A program made the translations under genes and the position numbers. From Paraspadella gotoi (lineage: Eukaryota > Animalia > Chaetognatha), in the NCBI GenBank assembly GCA_051294375.1, contig CM119263.1:27034631-27098630 (forward strand): a stretch of 64,000 nt of DNA, read 5' to 3'. Under the pieces are notes generated by a model, which was not told where the DNA came from, searched no databases, and saw nothing but the letters and a program-made list of their open reading frames with translations. This document shows positions 14,961 to 27,800 of the stretch, piece after piece (within the stretch, counting starts at the first letter, position 1; each line of letters begins with the position of its first letter).

Positions 14961-15138
14961 CTGTTTGCAGTAGCATGTGTTGCCCGAAATTAACAAGGCC
15001 AAAGTAAATCCGCAGCTCGGTGGAGGGAATCGGTTTATCCTTGAACGATCTCTTTTTCGAGCGGAGAGGATAAGTTTTGAGTGTGCGATTGTCGCCATGA
15101 TGGCAAGGATCTGACGAAAAACATCCCTCATTAAACAA
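14961..15138 (-). pseudogene. WSC-domain-like exon, frameshifted; probably the same gene as the Kazal exon, with further noisy exons at 13.2-14.9 kb
   Basis: FNEGCFSSDPCHHGDNRTLK in one frame and SCGFTLALLISGNTCYCK in another match the WSC consensus GCxxD..RxL...C...G+x+Ax+xxGxxCYC. GT donor at 14959-14960; lies next to the N gap at 15266. Confidence 0.5.
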
Positions 15139-15265
15139 ATAAAAGTCATTTTGTTGTTGTAAGAGCAGTTTATCGCTCCAGAATACCCATTTTTCAGGAA
15201 ACTTAAGGATGATGCAACGGAATGAATGTTTTTAATTTTAATTTGTTATCAGCTCATTTGAGGCA

Positions 15266-15290
15266 NNNNNNNNNNNNNNNNNNNNNNNNN
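15266..15290. other. Assembly gap (25 N); others at 16011-16035, 29858-29882, 37233-37242, 40499-40523, 44824-44848
   Basis: N runs in the sequence. Confidence 0.99.
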
Positions 15291-15540
15291 GTTTTTTTTT
15301 TATTGTGTATTTTCTAAAATTAAAACTTTTTTCGTCTCGTGATAACCTGATTGGCCAATTATTTTTTTTGAAATCGTCGGTAGTCATTTCGCCAAACTAA
15401 ATCGTCAGAGAACAGTCGTAGTCATAGATGCCTGAACGCGATAAGTATTAAAAAAAACAAAAACAAAAAAAAAACCAAAAAAAAAGTAAAGACAATTCTT
15501 TTTTCGATGAAAGGTTGGAAAACGGTTATGAGAACGAAAT

Positions 15541-15573
15541 TGATGATGATCATGATGATGATGATGATGAAGC

Positions 15574-15646
<73 letters not shown>
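15541..15646. repeat. (GAT)n trinucleotide microsatellite
   Basis: Directly visible; source of the poly-Met ORF 15507-15878. Confidence 0.95.
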
Positions 15647-15647
<1 letters not shown>

Positions 15648-17093
15648 AGGATTATGATTAAAACGAATGTAGATGATGAGATTGTTTATATTTTTAAGCC
15701 CCTCCCTGTTATATTTCGGCTATCTCTTATCAATCTTTTTTTTACTTTAATATCTAATTCAACTAAGCAAATAGCGGATAGGAAATATGTTTTTCATTAC
15801 ATAAATAAAACCCATGAGTATTATAATTTAGCTAGTACAGCTTGCGAAACGACCAATTTGGTTCTGAAAAGAATTTAGAGATCATTCTCATTCTTCAAGT
15901 CTGTTTATTGTGAGTTTGTTGAGAGAGGACTTTCTATTTAATACATTCCTTGAAGTCAAACGATAAATCACTCTCTCTCTCTCTTGCTCTCTCTCTCTCT
16001 CTCTCTCTCTNNNNNNNNNNNNNNNNNNNNNNNNNCGGGAGAGTGAGAGAGAGAGAGAGAGAAGATAGAAGATAGAAGAGAGAAGTGAGAAAGAAAGAGA
16101 GAAGAGAGGAGAGAGAGAGAGAGAGAAGAGGAGAGAGAGAGAGGAGAGAGTAGAGAGGCCGCCAATTGAATGTGAGAAAAGAATATATTTTTTGTTCAAA
16201 AAAGAATTTTCTTACACCTTTTGTTAACATTGTCCAAACGATAAAATTCTAAAGAGAGCGTTGCTCCCAGGAAAAACGGATTTAAAACAAAAGGGCATCG
16301 CCAACACACACAAAATTTCTAAATTATTTATAAACTGTGACGCGATTAATAACAACTGTGGCACATGGTAATCTTAGATTTGTAAATAACAACAAAGTAT
16401 GTAAATTAAATATGTTTTCAAATTTTAATTTTTCAAAGAGAATAGTTATAGACAAAGAAATAGTACACGAGTTACCAAAGACACATCTCTTTTCCGAACT
16501 GATTATCCCAGACCTAACTGCTAACCTACTTATAACCTCCATCGTCTTAAACTTACCCGGAAACTCACTCTAATCGCGCGATCGTCGTCATCGCCGTTTT
16601 ATAGCCTCGATTTCGTCTCACGCGCGGGAAAAATAAAAAAAAAATAAAAAAAACCTTTTGTGCTCAAAGTCGGTTTTTATATCCGCGAAATAAAACAAAC
16701 CATTGAAGAGGGAAGAAATAAAGAAAAAGGCGGCGCTACTGTCGCGGGCGGGGCCGCGGCTCGTCCAACCTCCAGTGCGCGGCGCGGCGCGCGTGCGCGG
16801 CCGGGCCCGGCGGCCCAGCGCCCGGTTTTCTCTTTGGCGGAGAAAAAGGAGGATCAAAATAAAGCGCAGTCTGGGCAGGGGAACAAGGAGGGGAGAGCGG
16901 TGAGAGGAGAAAGGTGCGAGGCTTGGATGGAGAATCAAGACTGCGATCCCCGCGCGTCAAGTAGAATTTCGCCTTTTTCCGAGAATTAAGCAATCGAAGA
17001 AAAATAGTTACAGGAAATACGTTGCCCCGGCCGCGCCGCGGAAAACACGAGCGGACGCGGCACCCTGGCTTTAATCTTCTCTCTCTCCTCCTC

Positions 17094-17153
<60 letters not shown>

Positions 17154-19228
17154 CTCTCTCTCATCTCTTCTCTCTAAACGGCGGGAGGCGGCCTGGCGTT
17201 CGAGTGTTTGTGAACATAGTTCTCTAAATTAATGAAGCCGAGAGCTAGGGGAGTGAGTGGGTGGAAGTGGGAGTGGCGTGAGTGAACGGGAAATAAGTTC
17301 GATCAAGGTTGTTGGACGAGTGGACTGAAAATGTTGACATGTCACGCGTCAGGAAGAAAGTTAGGATGAGAGACTGGTTAAACGTAAGATTGATAAATGG
17401 CGAGAGGAACCATTCAACTAAGGCTAAGGAGAAAGAAAGGGATAATGCATAAATTGTTGGGTTGTTTACGTAAAATTTTTCGCCATTATTAAAAAATTCG
17501 GTTGGCCTAAAAGTTTCACAAAACACAAAGTCATTCCTATATTTTCTGCTCCCTGAGATTCAACGGAATCGTAATTTGCAGTATGACGAAAATGGTCCAA
17601 CTGAAAATAAACTGTTTTGCTTAATAAACGGAATATCTTGTCCGTGACATTGGGATGGCTAGGGTGGGTTAAAGCACATTCAATTCAAAATTGCGACCGT
17701 CGACATAAGAAATTTTAAAAATTGTTCATTTGCTACTACAATTTTTTGTAAAATCATTTTTCGTGACTTTTTAAGAGTGATATTGCATCTCCTTCTTTTA
17801 TTGTTATTACTTCACAGGACAAGTACAGGTATCTTTCTCTCATTCGTCTTACACAAATGCGATTATATCTCGCAAAGCCGAATTCCCCCTCTTCTTTCCC
17901 ACGCCCCCTCCCTCCCCCTGCCTCCTCCCCCATCCCCTCCAATCTCCCTCCCCCTGCCTTCTCTCAATCCGCTCGCTCTCGATCGATTCTCAACGTGTTG
18001 GACAGATTAGCGGCTGAAGACTCGATTCCCATTTTCCCTTCAGACCAGCAAATCTTTTTGAGGACCCAAATTACGCGTAATTTATTCTTTCTAATGGGAA
18101 CCGCGCCTCCCCATGATCGGAACCCGCCGCCCCGCCGTTGGCGCGAGTCCGTAAATTCATTTGCCACTTCGCTTATTTCGGGAGAAGAGAGAAGAGAGGG
18201 GAAGAGAGAGAAGAGAGAGAGGAAGGAAGAGAGAAAGGAGGGAGGAAAGGGAAGAGGAGAAGGAAGACGAGAGGAAGAGAGGAGAAGAGAAGATGGAGAG
18301 ATGAGAGAGAGAGGAGAGAGAGACACCCAGAAGAGAAGAGGAGAGTTTAAAGAATTAAAGCGCTCTCGGCGGGAGATTGGGAGGCATTCATTTCCGAGAA
18401 ATAAGCGATCGTTCTCTTGTTCTCCTCGTCTCGCGATTGTCGTCGTCGTCGTCGTCTTCATCGTCGTCGGCGTCCTCTCCCAAGAATTTTCCCCTGGCGC
18501 GCTCGTCGCCCATCAGCGGCGTCAACTCATCAACCGGCGCTAACGAAGAAATGATTGAATTTCCTTTTTCACCAAGAATGCCGCGTGGAGATGAAGAGGC
18601 GCTCCCCGGCGTCGCCCGGCGTCGAATCGAAGACGATCCGTCAAAATCCGGCGTCGAGAACCTAAATCATAAACGCGACCGAACGTCTTTTGTCGTCGTC
18701 GACGGTGGCGCCGATGGGGGAAATTGCGGCGGCGGCGACAGGAATCGAAATTTTCCCTCCCGTCGAAATAAAAGGGCAATTTGAGAGAATATGGCAGAAG
18801 GGAATTAATGGGTTCTACGAGGAAAAGAGTTAAAAATCTCTCCTTTTCTCCAATTAAAAAAAACATTATCGGTGCGTAAGTGTTTACTCGAATTAGTTCG
18901 TACTCGGTCGAGGGCCTTTTTCTTATTTAAGCGCACTTCAAAGACCGTAATATGATATAACATGTCAGTTTTTAAAAATTAAAAATAAGACTGATGTAAT
19001 CTTAAAATTCTTGCGTATATACATTATTATTTTTTTAGCTTATTTTTTTTCTGAAGTAATTTTGATATTTATCGCTATGCTTTCACAATGTATCTTACAT
19101 TATTATGGCAATTAATACTTAATATCGATGCAAAATTAGCTTTTTAACTTACTAGACAATTTTATTTAAATTTGGGCGGTGAATTGGTTTAATGGAGGGG
19201 TTACTCCCTTCTCGTCTTCTTCTCTCTT

Positions 19229-19297
<69 letters not shown>

Positions 19298-20029
19298 CAA
19301 AAAACCGCGGGCATCTAAACTCTTTTCAATTTAATCTTGACACAAACCATGGAATCGTTAGAGGAAGTTTGCTCCGCGGGATTTCGTGTATGATTTTCAT
19401 GATTCGCCATGAAAAGTCCATTAAATCATTTTTCAAGAACCCATAATCCTTGTGCCGAACGATCGTGAGAGGGTGTGGTGGCTGGTTGCGGAGGAGGGGG
19501 TGAGAGAGCAGAGAGAGAGGAGGACAAGAACGAAGAGAGACGTCGTAGAGGAATGAGTAGCAGTCGGAGACGCCGACGCGTAAGCGACAGGAGAAGAGAC
19601 GGAATTGGACGTGCCGAGCTCCTGAGAAGAGAGAGGGAGAGCAGAGGAGAGACGAGAGAGAGAGAGAGAGAGGATCGAGAGAGCAGAGAGAAAGAGAAAG
19701 AGAGAGAAAGATAGGGAGAGAGAGAGTGTGTAAAAAAAGAGGCTTTCTGGTGAATTAGCTTCCAAAAAATGAAATGCTCTCAAGAAATGGAACTTTTTTT
19801 TATATTTGGATTTCATGTCACAACCGAGATTTAAGAAAACATGGAACCACTCGAGAACAAAACCGGAAATGGGTTTGGAAACTTTGAAGGAGGAGGAAAG
19901 TGAAAAAGGAGGGAAAGGAGAAAAAGGAAGGGGTAGGAAGAATAAGTAGGAAAGTGAAAAGAAAAATAAAGAGCGGGAAAGTTGAAAAACTTAGACTAGA
20001 CCCGAGTGCGAATCGGCGCGCGCGCTCGA

Positions 20030-20120
20030 AGTGAAAAAATCACGTCGCGTAACAATCGAACGCCAATCACAAAATTGGGCAATAAAGTCGTTAATAAAGG
20101 CGCCATTGCGCATGCGCGGG
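20030..20120. promoter_or_regulatory. Candidate CpG-rich core promoter with CCAAT box, YY1-like and NRF-1 motifs
   Basis: CGCCAATCA at 20061-20069, CGCCATT at 20101-20107 and TGCGCATGCGC at 20107-20117 are clustered. The associated transcript was not identified. Confidence 0.4.
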
Positions 20121-21073
20121 GAAACATGAAAGTAAAAGCGAAAGTGAAAATCGCGCTTTTTTGTGTGTGTAAACGAAATGAAAGCGAACCATGATTCAAA
20201 CATGTTGATTGCTTTTTTGTTTTCTTTTTCCTTTTGAAAATCATTTCTTTCTTACCTTACCTCTTTTTTTAGTGATGCATAGTAAACTATCTTTTTTATT
20301 TAAACCCACTATTTAACTTTCCATCTTTAGAGCTCTGCTATCCTCCCAGCACCTCGTCAAGTCCTATCACCTCCTTCCCATATTCCCCTCGAAAAGTGTC
20401 CATTTCTTATCCCCGGGATGCCCCCTTCGGCTCCTCCCACGGGCTTTCCTCGCCTTCGCAGCCGCCTCAGCCGCCGTCGCTGCCACAGCCGCCGCCTCAG
20501 CCGCCGCCGCCGCCTCCGCCTTCGCTTCGACAAAGTTCATTCATCCCCATCACATTTCTTTTAGTCTCCCGCGGATTTGCAGCCTTTTTCCGCGCCCCGC
20601 TGCGGCCTTAAGTGTTCGAGAGAAACTCGCATCATTTTTAATATTTCGCGCCTCTTCGATCCTCTTCTCTTCTTCCGGCCACGCCCCCCTTAAAGCCACG
20701 CCCTCCTCTTGGCACAACCACTTATTTCGTGCCCCTTTTGGACACGACCCATTATAGCCAAGCCCTCTTTCGGCAAAAAGTCGAAACAATTAGAAGGAAA
20801 AGAATACAACGTATTTTTTCAGAGAGAGATAAGAAAAAAGCTAGAATTATATGAAATCTAAAAAAAAAAATAATTTACCGCGTGTTTTGTAATTAAATAA
20901 ATCAAATCAATGGAAAAGGGTTATGTTAACAAATTATTCAAAATTGACAGAAGCAATTTTATTATTTATTATTTATTATTCGATTGATTTCCGCTTTAAA
21001 GTCAGAGCAACCGACTTTATATACAATTATAATTATTAAATGTACAGATTGATAATAAATAATTAAATAAAAA

Positions 21074-23049
21074 TCAACTGGACTGCGACGGCGCTTCGAT
21101 GATTATGTCGGGAATCCTGTCCAACGACAGCGCCGAGTGCGGCGGCGTCGTTGTCGTCGGCGTCGTGGGTGGCGTTTGAGTCGGCGGCGTCGATGACTTT
21201 CTCAAACTCTGACCTCTCGGCTTCGGTTTCACTGGAGGAGGAAGAATCAGATCGAGAAAGTGACGTTTGTGGTTTAGAATGAAGAGGGGAACGCTGATGG
21301 AGACGCCGACGCCATTTCCGGTTCCACTTCCGGTTTCACTTCCGGCGCCGTGGATCTCGTTGAGGGTCGGCACGAATTCCTCGTGATCCTTCTTTAGGCA
21401 GTTGGCGATGCGGAGGATCGTCTTCCCGTCGCAGTCCTTGAGGAAGTTGACGACGTGAGGGTGGAAGCCGTGACTGCAATGAAGACATTTGTCGTCATCA
21501 ATTTTTAATAAGTTTACACAATTTTTAAAAAATTATATATAAATTTGTCCTTATAAAATAACTTCTTTAGCTGTTTTTTTTCTCTTTCTTTTTTATCGAC
21601 AGCTTGACGCGAAGCCGGGTCACTCTTAATGTTTAGGGTTGCTTCTTTGTGACGTAGTCGTCGTTCGTCGTCGTCGTCGTCCGTCACGCTGTTTCATATA
21701 TAAAAACTACTACGCTTTTATAGTTTGGCTGTGACTTACCGTTTTTTTTAAAAATAAAAATTATTATGAATTATGATAAAGTTTTACAAAAGTGTGCGAT
21801 CATAGTAAAGTTAAAAATTTAGATATGGATTTCATCTTAAATAGCTGTGATTTTCATATTACATTTGGATTTAAGTATTTTTTGTTTGAATTTCCACTTC
21901 ATTATGATTTACTGCAATATGCAAATGAGATTAAAATTACTCCTTATAATATCCAAATTAGTATATAGAAATGCTTTTAATCTAATTTACATATTGCAGT
22001 ATATAATATTGAAGATGAAATTCAAAAAAATTTTGTTTTTAAATTTTAATAAAAATCGGGAACTCAAAGGATTTTTTTTAATGAGAAGCTATATCTAATT
22101 TAATACAATATAAATTAAATCTTTTACAAGCTGCGATTGGAAAAAATTGAGAATAAATTTCCAATTGTAAACAATTGTATACATATTTTTGCCTTTATTT
22201 TATTTCTTTAAATTATATAATAGAATTTTCTTCCTGATATTGTGCAGTTGCTGCTTTTTCTGAACCCTTAACAAACGAGTTCAGGTTCTGCAGTGACTGT
22301 TCAGCTGGCTTCCAGCTTTCTCTTTCTTCTGTCTCTTTGTCTCTCTTTTTCTCTTTCTGTCTCTCTCTCTTTCTTCTTTCTGTCTCTCTCACTCTGTACG
22401 ATCGTTCGTTTTTTGAAAAATTCTGATTATTTTTTTCCTTCTCAAAACTTTTATTATCGCCATTTATTCCGCGCTTTTTTTTTTCAATACAAAAATCCCA
22501 AATTTACATCGAGATATAATAGAAAGAAATTTCGGTTTTTCTTTTTCTTTCTCTCTCTCTCATTCTCTCTCTCTCTCTCTCTCTCTCCTCTCTCTTATTA
22601 TTTTTTAAAAAAAAATGAAGAATAACTTATTAATGATATGCATTATCACATAATAAATCAGCTTAATGTGACCTATATTATATATGCAGCACTTTCGCCG
22701 AATAATATAATTGCATGCATCACATTGATAAAAAAAAAAATTGTTTTTATTTATTATTTGCAACTTTGACCGGTTGGCCCACTATGCAAAATTATATCTA
22801 AATAGGAGTTGATAGAGAGTGATATATTCAAATTAAACCATTAACTTTTTTTTGTTATTCTTGTAATTTTACTATTATTAAATTATAAATATTTTTAGTG
22901 TATATATTTAATAATTTTTAACTTTTTTTTTTTAAATAATAATTATTTGAGTTGTGATAGACTATTTATAAATTAATTAAAATGCAAATATTAAATTTGA
23001 CTAGGTCTGGTTTCTTCCTAAAAAAAGAACAATCTTTTTTTTCTCTCTA

Positions 23050-23114
<65 letters not shown>

Positions 23115-23488
23115 TTTTTTTTCCTTTCTTAAAAACTTGTTATTATCGCCATTATTCCGAGCATTTTTCGTGGATTTTTCCTTCTAAAAAACTTTTATTA
23201 TCGCCATTTATTATTTTATCTCCAATACAAAATTCCCAAAATACAATAACTTACTTAACCTAGATTTCGTGGTCGTTGCGGAGCAACAAGTAAACAATGT
23301 CGAGGAACATGACCTAATAACGCGTTACGTGTATAAAAAAAAATCAACATAGACCCCAATCTTCACGACGCCCGTTGCGAGGCAACGGATAACCGATATA
23401 AACGAGAAGTGACCTAATAAATGCGTCTCGTTTGGTGGGAAAACTCTCTCTCTCTTTCTCTCTTTCTCACTCTCCCTCCCTCTTTTCT

Positions 23489-23540
<52 letters not shown>

Positions 23541-23757
23541 CTCTCTTCCCTCTCTCTCTCTCTCTCTCTCTCTTTTTTCCTTCTAAAACTTATTATTATC
23601 GCCATTTATCCGCGCTTTTTTTCTCAATACAAAATCACAAATTTACATCCGAGATTTTCGTGGATTTTTTTTTAAAAATTCTGATTATTCTTTATATAAA
23701 CGAGAGAGACTAATAATGCGTTTCGTTGCGGGAAAACTGTCCGCCTCTCTCTCTCTC

Positions 23758-23788
<31 letters not shown>

Positions 23789-24768
23789 CTCCTCTCTACT
23801 CTCTTCTCCTTCTCTCTCTTTCACTCATACACGCATTTGTTTGTTTTATTTACGATGAATGATTAAGCGCGTCAATGAATCACTATCATCGCATCAATGA
23901 ATGACTATCATCTTCAATGAATGATTATCATCATATCAATTGAAATGACTATCATCGCATCAATCATTTATTAATCATCACATCAGTCATTTTGTTATCA
24001 TCGCATCATAATTATTTGGTATTCATCGCCGTCAAATATTTGTTATCATCGCATCAATTTGGTTATCATCGCACAATATTGGTTTACTATCGAAAGCGGC
24101 TCGATCTTTATGCTTTTAAGATTTTTTTTGTATGTTCTTCTTTTCTTTTTCTCCGTCTTTATTTCTTTCTCGCAAGCAGGCTTGTTTATTTGCTTGCTGT
24201 TGTCTTTAATTTTCTTTTAATCTCTTTATTTTCTTTTCTTTTTCTTTCTCTCGAGTATATTGTTATTTCCTTCGATTCTTATCTTCCCTTCCATCACCTG
24301 GTCATCCATTCAACGACCGTCCCCTTGCTCCATCTCTCCGCCATCTTCTGTTTTGTCCCGCAGCGCCGCCAGCCGTTTCGTCGGTGCCGCCGTCGACGCG
24401 GCCGCCACCGCTGAACGATCCCGCAGATCTCCGGCGCCCGTCTCTCGGCCTCCATCAGGTCGCCGATCTCCATGGGGCTTTGGGAGGAGGTTCGGCCGAG
24501 TGATTCTGGACGAAGTTGTTGACCCAACCCTCGATCCGGATGTTGCGGTCGGAGTTTATGAGGAGAGATGTGCTTCTTGTTGCTCAAAGCGAAGTGGAGG
24601 AAACTGCGAAGTTCGGTTGTGGTGAACCTAGTGAAACGAGGAGAACCTCCATATGCATTACTGTATTAATTTATTACATGTATTTATGCATTCATATTTT
24701 TACCCAAGTCCTATAAAATAATATAAAATCGATTACAATTAGTTTTCTCTCTCTCTCTCTCCTCTCTC

Positions 24769-24853
<85 letters not shown>

Positions 24854-27800
24854 CTTGTTCCGAAACGCTCCGATGAAGAGATTAGCGTCGCGAAATCTTC
24901 CTTGCAACTTCGTCGTAGCTGAACACTGTCTCACGGCGATACATCAGGTCCACGGATCGTCCCCTGCTGGCGAGCCGGTCGCTGAGAAACATGGCGGTCG
25001 GTAAGGAATGCTCCTCTGAGAAGATGACCGCCTCCAGTTTGGGCGTGACCAAGCGTAGAAGGTGGAGGGTGTCCTCTTCGGTCATGGGATTCTCTTCAAA
25101 GTCGAACCTGTGGAGAATAGAAACATAGAGGACGATGACATTCATTAAATCAAAGCACTGGCGGACTAATATTGACTGTAAGGTTGGTCAAGAAGACAAT
25201 GTCGAATTGGCAATAATGACAAGATGACAATTGCTATGACAATCAGAATAACACTGTGAAAAAGCTCCAACACATTAATTAATTAGTTTAATTTAATATT
25301 ATTTTAATTTATCACTTCATGAAACATTTTAATTAATGTTTACTTAATTACTTAGTTTTACCTTTCGTCAATATGTTTGGTTACTTCAGCTCCATAATCA
25401 AATTCAGCCATAATGGTTACGTAAGTCGCCCTGTTATTATCCAAATTCAAACCTGCCCAACTCCGATTGATTTGAAGGCTGAAAGAAAGTGTTGTTGGAT
25501 CTCCTTGAAGGCCCGATTCGTGGAGACTTCTTTGTTGGCGCCATGATGGTGGCGAGGAGGTATTCCTTCTCCTCCTCCATCTCCCTCAACACCTCCGTCC
25601 ACACTTTCCACCGGTTCTTGTCAGGTGTTTCAACCCACAGAGTCGTCTGGTTGCTCTCCTCAGTCCCTTCCAGAACGAACATCAGGTTAGACTGATCCTC
25701 AAGCCTGTAGACCAACTTTTTGTCAAAAACAACGTGCTTGACCTCCAGCGGAGCCGAGTTGGCGATCACATCGAGGCCCAGGTTGTCCGCGTCGAACAAC
25801 TCGCAAAATACGAGAGCGTGTTGAAAGACGAACCCTTTCATCTTTGTCCGCAGTTTGTCGAGCTGTTGCTTAATGTCCCCGACGGATTTGTCCGACTCGC
25901 TGACCCACAAGTCGTCCCGATGTCTGATTTCACCCCAACTTTCCTTCTTTTCAGTGATGTTCTTCACGTGCATAAACATGTTGACGAAATCGGGAATCTC
26001 CTGCGCAATCCCCAGCAACTCGTCGAGTTTGGCCACCGCCTGATGCTCTTGAAGGTTCATAGTGGATTTGCGGATGTTTTCAATGAACATCTTGTAATGC
26101 ATCAAACGCTTCCAAGGCAAATCGATGCACAAATGCAACTCGGTTACGTTGAGCCCCGGATTTTCGGCCTCCAACTCTTTCCTCATCCTCTCGTAAATGC
26201 CGAGATTGTCCTGCACCTTCTGCGAAGCTTCGGTGCACTTGAGGACGTATTTTTTGTAAGCGTTCTTCATAACTTGTTTTGTGTTGGTGAACACTTTCAA
26301 CAGTTCAGTGGCGACGGGCAAAAAATAGGTATTCTGCCGATGCTCGTAACACCAGCGGATCACGGGATTGATGTTGTCCCTGTGCAAGGTGAGGATGGGC
26401 GTGGTAAGATCGATCACGTCCAGGATGAGCTTGGCAGAAGTGTCCGGGCCACTCTTCAAATTCATAGCGACTTCCGCCTAGGCGTGAAAAAAACGGTTAA
26501 TTTTAAAAATTTTGATTATCGGTTAAAATGCTAAAATTTAACCGGTTAACCGTTAAAATCGGTTAATTTTCCAACTATCATTATAATGATAAAATTAAGT
26601 AATAAAAAATATTTTTTATTTTCCATATTGTATTTTGACTTTCTTTTTTGCTATTTAAAATAGTTTAGAGATGAAACGAAAAATTCGTTGTAATAGCAAT
26701 TTTTATTTTTATTATTGTACATGTTTCGACTCTTAGTGTTACGAGTCTTCATCAGAAGATAAAAATTGCTATTACAACGAATTTTTCGTTTCATCTCTAA
26801 ATTATTTTCCATAAAAATTAATTAAAATAAAAAATTATAATAACAAAAATCAAAACAAAACATAAAAAAATCAACTAATGTTGGAGGTGGTAAAGTTAGT
26901 TAAGTAGAACTAACTTTTTAAAATTAAAATTGTCTGTTCCTTGTTATTTTAAAGAGGGAGATTTATTTGCTCTTTTTATGCCAAATGTTTGCTCTCTTCA
27001 ATGAGACAATAAGAGAGAAAAAGAAAAAGAGAAAAAAAGTGAAAGAGAGAGAGAGAAAGAGAGAATGTTTGATTACATGTTAAGGTCAGTTAGATTGAGA
27101 AAGGGAAATTAAAAGGAAATTGAAATTCAGTTAGTACAATAAAATTCATTTAGGCAATGTAAATAAGTAAGCAGTGATTAAAATTTGAAACTACGAAAGT
27201 AATAAATAACTACATTGTTAAATAATAAATATTGAAATAAATAAAAGTTAAGCTGAAAATGTAAAGTTGATAGTTTATATTTTTTTAATATGGTAAAATT
27301 ATAAGAAGAAAAAAAAGCTCTCTCTCTCTCTCTCTTATTATCATATATTGTAAAATTATACAAACCAAATTTGCACTGAAGAAGGCTAACAACCTTGCTG
27401 AAACATATTTTTTTTATTTAAAACGAATTCATAGTTTGAAATTAAAAATTATTTTTAACTTTTAATACTCACATCTATAATCTAAAATAGGGGAGAAAAG
27501 TTTTGAGAAATAGTTGACAGCCTTGCAAAGAAAAACCATAGTACTTAAAAGTTTAATTTAGTAAATTTTAAATTAACCGGTTAATTTTACCAAATTTTAC
27601 CAATTTTACCAAATTAACCGTTCGGTTAAAATTATTTTTAATCGGTGATTAACGGGTAACCGTTATTCAGTTAAGACGCCTACTTCCGCCTCCATGTTGC
27701 GTATCTCCTCCACTTTTGGTTTGTATTTCTCAACGACGTTAGCCATGTCATTTACATACTTCCCCTCTTTCTCAAACAGTTCCTCCACCGACTTTTGCCG

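Noticed and set aside
15507-15878. Poly-Met ORF
   Set aside because: (GAT)n microsatellite.
16600-20800. Assorted GC-rich ORFs at 16.6-20.8 kb
   Set aside because: Low-complexity or microsatellite-driven, with no recognisable domain or consistent splice chain; probably regulatory or UTR sequence.
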